Origin: the human T2T-CHM13v2.0 reference genome, Homo sapiens
NCBI RefSeq assembly: GCF_009914755.1
Contig: NC_060948.1
DNA length: 64,000 bases
Direction: 5' to 3' (one strand)
Below are positions 53,896 to 64,000 of the stretch, piece after piece (position 1 is the first letter of the stretch; every line of letters begins with the position of its first letter). A program made the translations under genes and the position numbers. The notes beneath the pieces are model-generated. The model had not been told where the DNA came from. It did no database searches and saw only the letters and a list, made by a program, of their open reading frames with translations.

Positions 53896-54211
53896 CTATA
53901 AAATTACACACTGAAAAGAACAGATTTGGCACCCCAGTCTCCCAATTCCACGTGTCAGAGAGGCTGCATGTAAAAAATTAAACAGACAGGGTAGATTGTC
54001 TTCCCTTTGTCAGAAAGTAGGAAAAGTAGACACTTGTAGAGAAATGGGTTTATATTTAGAAGGAGGAAGCATCACCTTTTTAGCATAAGAGTTTTGCAAA
54101 ATGAGCATGGCTTTTGTGAACGTATAGATGTGAATCAAAATGAAAAAGCTGGCTTTTGATTCGGGAGCAAATCAAACTTTGAAATCATGAATGCTGGTGT
54201 ATTCTTTTACT

Positions 54212-54680
<469 letters not shown>

Positions 54681-54867
54681 CTCTTGCAGTTTCTCTCTGA
54701 GAAAACCCCAGAAACCTAGCTCACACCCAAAGCCTCACATCGATTGCAATGAAAGATCTCTTTCCTCTCCTCTTATACCTTCTTATTACTTCCTAAAAGG
54801 ACTACAGATGTTGATCCAAACATTTATTAATAGTATAACCCCATTCACAGAATATCTTTACAATGTA

Positions 54868-55199
<332 letters not shown>

Positions 55200-55278
55200 T
55201 AACAAGACAAAAAAAATATAGGTCAGTGGTACGAAAATCATGATAGAACTCTTTTAGCATCCTTAGGTAGACATGTAT

Positions 55279-55736
55279 TCAACTTTTGGTCAAGTGTAGA
55301 TGCCTATTTTTAAAAAAGAAATATTTGGTTGGAGAGGACACAGAGAAGCTAAGGGGGTTGGTGAATGCAAATGGGAAGAAAGAATGCTTAATGCAGCTTG
55401 ACAAAAGTAGAAGCAAGCCCTGCGACCTAGTCAAAAGTTTTGTAAGAGCATCATTAAAAGATGGCATTGGAATCCTTATTCTCTGTCTCCACAGATGTTC
55501 AAAGCTGAGGAGGAAGCTGCACTGTCTTATTAAAATGGACCCAGCTACAGAGGCATGTGAGTGATTTCTTCTATCAAAAGCAATCAGCAGTGGGTTCTGT
55601 ACAGACCTGTTCAAGCTCCCTTCCAACCTTATATTTCCATGCCCCAGGTTATGAAATCAGTTCCAGGACCAGAGTTCACAGTCCCTCCGAGCCCATTTAG
55701 ACATGCATTACAGAAAACAACAGTGGTCTTCAACTC
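55279..55736 (-). pseudogene. Candidate relic exon
   Basis: Acceptor tttttcaaatacag near 55737; 115-codon open stretch in unique DNA containing FNDALTKLLTRSQGLLLL (RGS helix 1-3-like); donor not located. Confidence 0.35.
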
Positions 55737-55843
55737 TGTATTTGAAAAATAAATATGGTCCTAATTATACTAACTACCTTTCCAAGCCAGAGGTTTTATC
55801 CATTTCACCTTAAGGTCATGTACTTGGGAAATGACAGACTCAC

Positions 55844-56000
55844 ATGTGGAAGCCATTTCTCTACAATTTACTAGGTGATCACAGGCTTCATTTCATCAAA
55901 CCATTTTTCTACAGTAGCCTCATACAATTCCCAGAAATACCAAGGTGAGGAGCGGCCATTTGCTGCTATGTTCTTTCCTTGGTTGGTTCCATTATAGCCC
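55844..56000 (-). pseudogene. Candidate relic exon, RGS helix 7-8-like
   Basis: Donor cat|gtgagt; translation ...WELYEATVEKWFDEMKPVIT**IVEKWLPH resembles the FDEAQ...LE.KWLP.F motif of RGS22-type domains; an Alu is inserted just upstream of the acceptor. Confidence 0.55.
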
Positions 56001-56016
56001 CTCAAGCATAGAGCAA

Positions 56017-56310
56017 CCAGAAGTGATGGCCCACACCTGTAATCTCAGCATTTTGGGAGGCTGAGGTGGGTGGATCACTTGAAGCCAGAAGTTTGAGGCC
56101 AGCCTGGCCAACATGGCAAAACCACATCTCTATGAAAAATACAAAAATTACCTGGGCATGGTGGTGCAAATCTGCAATACCAGGTACTCGGGAGGCTGAG
56201 GCAGGAGAATTGCTTGAAACTGGGAGGTGGAAGTTGCAGTGAACCAACATCATGTCACTGCACTCCAGCCTGGGTGACAGTCAGACTTTGTCCCCACCCC
56301 CCAAAAAAGG
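56017..56310 (+). mobile_element. Alu
   Basis: Sense Alu. Confidence 0.88.
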
Positions 56311-56899
56311 AAAGAACAAAAGATCAAAGAAGGCATCTCACAATAATCCTACTTCTTTTTCAGAGATGGTGGTCTGGAACAAGAAAACAAGGATGAATAA
56401 TAGAACAAGAAAACAAGGATGAAGTCGATTTATTGGAGGCTATGGAAATCACTTAATCATGAATCATTTAATCTTCTTGTCTTGTGGCCTGACCCTAAAT
56501 AGCTCCTGGACCAGCCCACATCCTGCCAGCTCTTATAATGTCAGGAGCCAGGTGGAAGATTTCATCATCTCTTCCTTTCTGGATTGCAACATCCCACTAA
56601 CTGGTAACACCTCAATTCCCAGCCTTATTCTTCCCTAGTCCAAAACCCTCTGGACACAGTAGAAGATGAGATTATAGACCTGACCATGCTGTGTTCTGTG
56701 TAGACCCATTTCATGGTTTTCCACTGTTCCTGGGATAAAGAAGAAGCTCCTCATCTCAGACCACGAAGTCTGAATCATCTGTACTTGTTGCTTCTTTCCT
56801 GCTACCTCTCCATCCTCAGTGTTTGCCATCGTTTACCTCATTCTGTGTCTCCCAGCCACACTGCGGTTCTTACTGCTCTTCAGGGTTGCGTCACCCATT

Positions 56900-57720
56900 T
56901 TGTTACTGAGCAATGGGCTTGCTGCTTGACATGTATATAAGCCAATACTAGGGCATTGCTTTGGGGATTTTGTTGTTATTGTTTAAGACAGGGTCTCACT
57001 CTGTTGCCCGGGATGGAGTGCAGTGGCACGATCTTGACTCAGCGCAGCTTCTGCCTCCCAGGTTTAAGTAATCCTCCCATCTTAGCCTCCCGAGTAGCTG
57101 TGACCACAGGCACACATCACCATGCCTAGTTAATTTTTGTATTTTTGGGTAGAGACTGGGTTTTGCTGTTTCCCACGCTGGTCTCCAACTCCTGAGCGGA
57201 AGCAATCCACCTGCCTCAGCCTCCAAAGTGCTTGGATTACAAGTGTGAGCCACCATGCTGTGCTGTAGGGTACCATTTTTTTTCTTTGTTCTTTTCTTTT
57301 TCTTTCTTTCTTTTTTTTTTTTTTCCTTTTTAAGGCTTTATTGTGAGGTCAGCTGGCAAGGAGACAGGAGGCAGGGCTCAAATCTGTCTCCCTGATCTGG
57401 GGGTTAGCTCAAATATTTATGGGTTAAGAAGTGTGTGACTGGGCACAGTGTCTCATGTTTGTAATGATGGCACTTTGAGAGGCCGAGCTGGGAGGATTGC
57501 TTGAGGCCAGGAGTTCAAGACCAGCCTGGGCAACATGGCAAAACCACATTTCCACAAAAAATATGAAAACTAGCCTGGTGTGATGGTGCCCACCTGTGGT
57601 CCCAGCTACCCACCCAGGAAGTTGACGTGGGAGGATCAATTAAACCCAGGAGGTCGAGGCTTCAGCGCACCATGATCACGCCACCGTATTCCAGCCTGGG
57701 TGAAAGAGCAAGACCCTGTC

Positions 57721-57753
<33 letters not shown>

Positions 57754-58128
57754 AGAAAGAAACAAACAAAAGAAAAGAAAAAGAGGTATGTGGAAGTGCT
57801 GGTGTGGCAAGTTTTAATTAAAGGGCTTTAACCTTGGCTATTTATAATAAGATATGGAATAGTGGATTTCAGCACAATGTCTTCTGGGGGAGTAGACCCT
57901 TTGCTTCTGAATGGGTTTCAGCATCCTGGTTCCGGTCATGTCCAGCTGTTTTTGGTTCCACAGGGAAGCATCATCAGTTTCAGGTGTGACTGGAAGTCAA
58001 AGCTTTTTCCCTTTGCCTGTGCCCAGGCTACACAACATGCAGTGTTGGTTCTGTTGCAACTGTATAACAGCTTAAACAATGGTTAAACAATTGAGTTGAA
58101 CTGGTTCAAGCTGATCTCATGGTTACAG
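56900..58128. mobile_element. ERV1 LTR fragments with nested Alus (- 56975-57260, + 57438-57780)
   Basis: Alu arms; tgttactgagcaatgggctt...ggttaca LTR-like ends. Confidence 0.65.
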
Positions 58129-58205
58129 TTTCCCTACTCCATTCCTTGCTAAACTCTACCCAGAAAGACCCAGTGCTACATATTACCACCCCTTACTCTA
58201 CTTAC

Positions 58206-58360
58206 CAATCAGATTTACCTTCAAACACCACTTTCTCAGGGAATCTTTCCTTCCTTTCCAAACTTGGGAAATTTCCTCTAACATTCCTCTATTTCTACTG
58301 CCAAACACTTCTCCTGGTACTAATGAAGTAGGAAATAGTACTTTTTTATTTCTTTCTCCA
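58206..58360 (-). pseudogene. Candidate relic exon
   Basis: Acceptor gtctttctcttatgttttag and donor g|gtaagt; one frame fully open (GERNKKVLFPTSLVPGEVFG...WCLKVNLI). Confidence 0.45.
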
Positions 58361-58979
58361 CTAAAACATAAGAGAAAGACAAATATGGTATCCACATTGC
58401 AAGCATGTTCCCTGAGGGTATTCTCCACTCATTACATGCTTTTTGAATATGTAAAATGTAAATATTCAGTAGGTAAATATTCAATATGTAAATATGATGA
58501 TATGTAAATATTCAATATGAAACATTGAAATCTACTTCAAAGGTCATGGGTTTTTTGGAGTTTTCTTTGTTATTTTTTAATTGACACATAATGGATATAC
58601 ATGGTTTTGGGATACACGTAATAATTGAATAGATTCACATAATTTGTAAAAATCAAATGAGTACTTGGGCTCTTTATCATCATAAATACTTGTCTTTTCT
58701 TTATGCTAGAACCATTTGAATTCTTTTCTTCTAGCAATTTTGAATATGTAATAGATTACTGTAAACTATAGTCACCCTATGACCTAACACTAGGACCTTT
58801 TTCTTTCATCAAACTTTATATTTGCACCATTGAATCAACAAAACTGATGTTGATTCATGAGATTAAACAACTAAATCTGAAGAGATATCATCAGTTCTCA
58901 CTCTGCTGGGGACATACTTCATCCCCTTGTAGGTAATAGTTGTATCTACACTAATGATATGTGACTCTGAGGTACTCTG

Positions 58980-59808
<829 letters not shown>

Positions 59809-60147
59809 TAAAACAAAAAACAACAACAACAAAAGAAACATGTTGGGACTGTGTCCCCAGAAGGCCAGATATGACTTGAACTACTATGAGACATAAATTT
59901 AAAGAAAACCACCCAGTGTGGCTGAAGATAGGATTCCCTAGTGCTACTGCCTCACTTACAGACCAACAGTCTCCTGTCATCCAGCTTTCCACTCCTTCCT
60001 TGGCATTTCCACTGAGGTATCTCAGTGGCATCTCCAACCCAGGGATTGCAATGCATAGGTTCTTCCATCAGATCTGCCAGTTGCAAAAGGATTCCTCTGG
60101 TAGTGAAAGCCAGAAAAAACAAATGCTGACATCTATGGTCCCAGCTA

Positions 60148-60300
<153 letters not shown>

Positions 60301-60329
60301 CTAAAAAAATATAAAAATAAAAATAAATA

Positions 60330-60710
60330 AGTCAAATAAATGTAACAGAGTTTAATTGAGCAGAGAACGATTCACAAATTGGATAACCCACTGAGCCAGA
60401 GTAGGTTCAGAGAGACTCTGGCGCTGTCTCATGGTGAGAGAAGATTTATGGACAAAAAAAGGAAAGTTGTGTGCAGAAAACAGAAGTGAGGTACAGAAAT
60501 AGCCAAATTCTTTCCAGCTGACCATTGGCCTTATTTGAGCATGGTTTGGATAGTTGACTTCCTTCGGACAAAACTTTGTGATTGGCACAAAAGTAGGTTC
60601 CAGCCTGTTTACACATCCAGTTAGGTTTCAGTGCACTGCGTACGGAGAAACCTTTAAGCAAACCTTAAAATATGTCAGGGAGCAGCTTTAGGCTAAACTT
60701 AATTCAACAC
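60330..60710 (-). mobile_element. MER51/MER57-like ERV1 LTR
   Basis: acagagtttaattgagcagagaacgattc...ggctaaacttaattcaaca. Confidence 0.6.
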
Positions 60711-60931
60711 ATCTTTTGGCGCTCAGCTTAAATATAGCTCTTGCATTAAACATGAACAGTCTAAGAAGAGGGCCGTGCCTGTCTAGTGAGACCTGAAATT
60801 TCGGCTGGGTTTTGGAAAACCAGTGACACTTGCCCTAAGTTACCGTGAAGGCTCCAGGTGTTGTCTGGGTGATATTACCCATGTTCAGGGTGAACTTCAA
60901 GATGAAGGACCTCCACTGTTGCACAAGTCCC

Positions 60932-62240
<1,309 letters not shown>

Positions 62241-62409
62241 CTCTAAACTTTGCTTAAGGCTCTTGTGGGAGAGCAGGATAGGTCACCCCAAAAGATATCA
62301 CTTTGGGATAAGCATTATTTTGAGCCAAAGAAAATTGAGAAGCAAGAGCTGCTAAAAGAAAACAGCTGTTATACAGATTAATTCATCACCCAGGCATTAA
62401 GTTCAGAAC

Positions 62410-62873
62410 CTGTGAAAGGACAATATATCTTGGGGCCTCCAAGTCACTAAGCTAAAGAGAAAAGTCCAGCTGGGAACTGCTTAGGGCCTCTGCCTCCCAT
62501 TCTAGTCAAAGTCACCCCTCTGCTCCCTGAGAGACGCGTATCTGATCGCCTCCTTTGGAAAGGCTCATCAGAAACTCAAAACAATGCAACTGTTTGTGTC
62601 TCACCTATCTGTGCCCTGGAATCCCCCTCCCTGCTTCCAGGCTTCCTGCCTTTGCTTCAAGTTGTTCCACCTTTCTAGATCGAATCAATGTGCTTCTTAC
62701 ATATATTGATTGATGTCTCATGTCTCCCTGAATGTATAAAACGGAGCTGTGCCCCAACCACCTTGGGCACATGTCGTCAGGACTTCCTGAGGCTGTGTCA
62801 CGGCACATCCTCAACCTTGGCAAAAGAAACTGTCTAAGTTAACTGAGACCTGTCTCAGACTTTCTGGGTTCAC
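62410..62873 (+). mobile_element. MER4A-like solo LTR
   Basis: tgtgaaaggacaatatatcttgggg...gacctgtctcagactttctgggttcaca. Confidence 0.82.
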
Positions 62874-62875
62874 AT

Positions 62876-63103
62876 ACCCATTAGTTATTTTTCCTGATCC
62901 TCTCCCTCCTCCCACGCTCCACCTTCTGAAAGGCCCCAATGTGTGTTGTTCCCCTCTTTGTGTCCATGTGTTCTCATCATTCAGCTCCTATGTATAAGTG
63001 AGAACATGCGGTATTTGGTTTTCTGGTCCTGTGCTAGTTTGCTAAGGATAATGGCCTCCAGCTCCATCTGTGTTCCTGCAAAGGACATGATCTCGTTCTT
63101 TTT
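62876..63103 (-). mobile_element. L1PA/PB 3'UTR fragment
   Basis: gtgtccatgtgttctcatcattcagctcc..ataagtgagaacatgcgg. Confidence 0.85.
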
Positions 63104-63624
63104 TAACTCAAACAATAAAAGCAAGTCAGCTAAGGGAGTGGAAAAAAAAAAAAAACTCTCTGCACTCTCCTATTCGCCTGAAAGTAGACTTAGACTGTTA
63201 ATTACCAGAGACACAGGCCTAGAGGAATCTACATAACAAACCTTACTCAATTTGCCTTTATCTTCCATTAGCTTCCCTCCTGTATTTATCTTCCCAAAGT
63301 TTGCAGCTCCTAGGAGCTTAAAAGGCCTTTTTCCTTTGCCTTTTTTCTTCATGACAAATGTATTGTTCTTGGGTGATTTGTTCTATGTGCCCCATGTCCT
63401 AACCACACTTTTGAGTTACTCATCACTGACTTTCACCACAATGGATGTACACTGCAAATCTTAATAAACTCTGCTTTTCTTTGGTTCTTTGGTCAGTTCC
63501 ATTTCCAGGGCAGTAGCTAGAGAACTGAGGAAGACAGAGGAAAAAGTTGTTATTGTTGTTGTTGTTTTTCCTTCTGCTCTACCAGCGCCCTGTCAAAATC
63601 CTTAAACATTTTGGAACAGAGAGC

Positions 63625-64000
63625 TGTTAAAAGAAAACTTCAGACAAGTAAAATTTGGTGGAGTTTAACTGAGCAAAGAAAAGATCTTATTGAATCAGGC
63701 AGCCTTGAGGATCACAGCAGATTCAGAGACACTGCAGGGGTGCCTTGTGGTCAGAATAAATTTATAGACAAAAGAAGTAAAGTGAGGTACAGGAATCAGA
63801 AGTGCGGTATAGAAACAGTGAAATGGATTACAGCTCGGTGTTTGCCTGATTTGAACACAGTATGAACACTCAGCAGTCTGTGAGTGGTTGAAGTATGTCC
63901 CCTGGGATTGGCCAACACTCAGCTATTGTTACAGATGCATATTATTAGTTAGGTTTTCAATTTTGGCTGCCTATTAAACTAGGATACCCTTCATCCACAA
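63625..64000 (-). mobile_element. MER51-like ERV1 LTR (partial)
   Basis: tgttaaaagaaaacttcagacaa...gagtttaactgagcaaagaa. Confidence 0.65.

Noticed and set aside
55495-55556. Plus-strand mini-exon with good splice sites
   Set aside because: Isolated, contains an early stop, has no partner exons and overlaps a longer minus-strand frame; cannot be supported without RNA data.
56377-56423. Short duplication gaacaagaaaacaaggatgaa x2
   Set aside because: Ordinary two-copy slippage duplication with no evident function.

Overview
Primate (human-like) genomic DNA dominated by interspersed repeats: many diverged Alus, ERV1/ERVL-MaLR/ERVK solo LTRs, a full-length disrupted L1PA3-5-type element nested in an LTR12, and a young 5'-truncated L1PA2-like copy. 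There are also two large minisatellites: a ~57-bp unit at 17.1-20.6 kb and a ~29-30-bp ETS-motif-rich unit at 37.85-43.57 kb. No intact protein-coding gene is visible, and almost all ORF-track entries are Alu, L1 or tandem-repeat artefacts. The main unexplained signal lies in the short unique islands between repeats. On the minus strand these repeatedly form AG...GT-bounded exons whose stop- and frameshift-damaged translations show motifs resembling RGS (regulator of G-protein signalling) domain helices several times over. This suggests a decayed multi-exon, multi-RGS-domain gene (RGS22/RGSL1-like architecture) spanning about 0.4-58.4 kb. One exon and part of the 57-bp array appear to lie in a local inversion. 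The domain assignment was made by eye and needs HMM/tblastn confirmation. Repeat subfamily calls are from recalled consensus motifs and boundaries are approximate.
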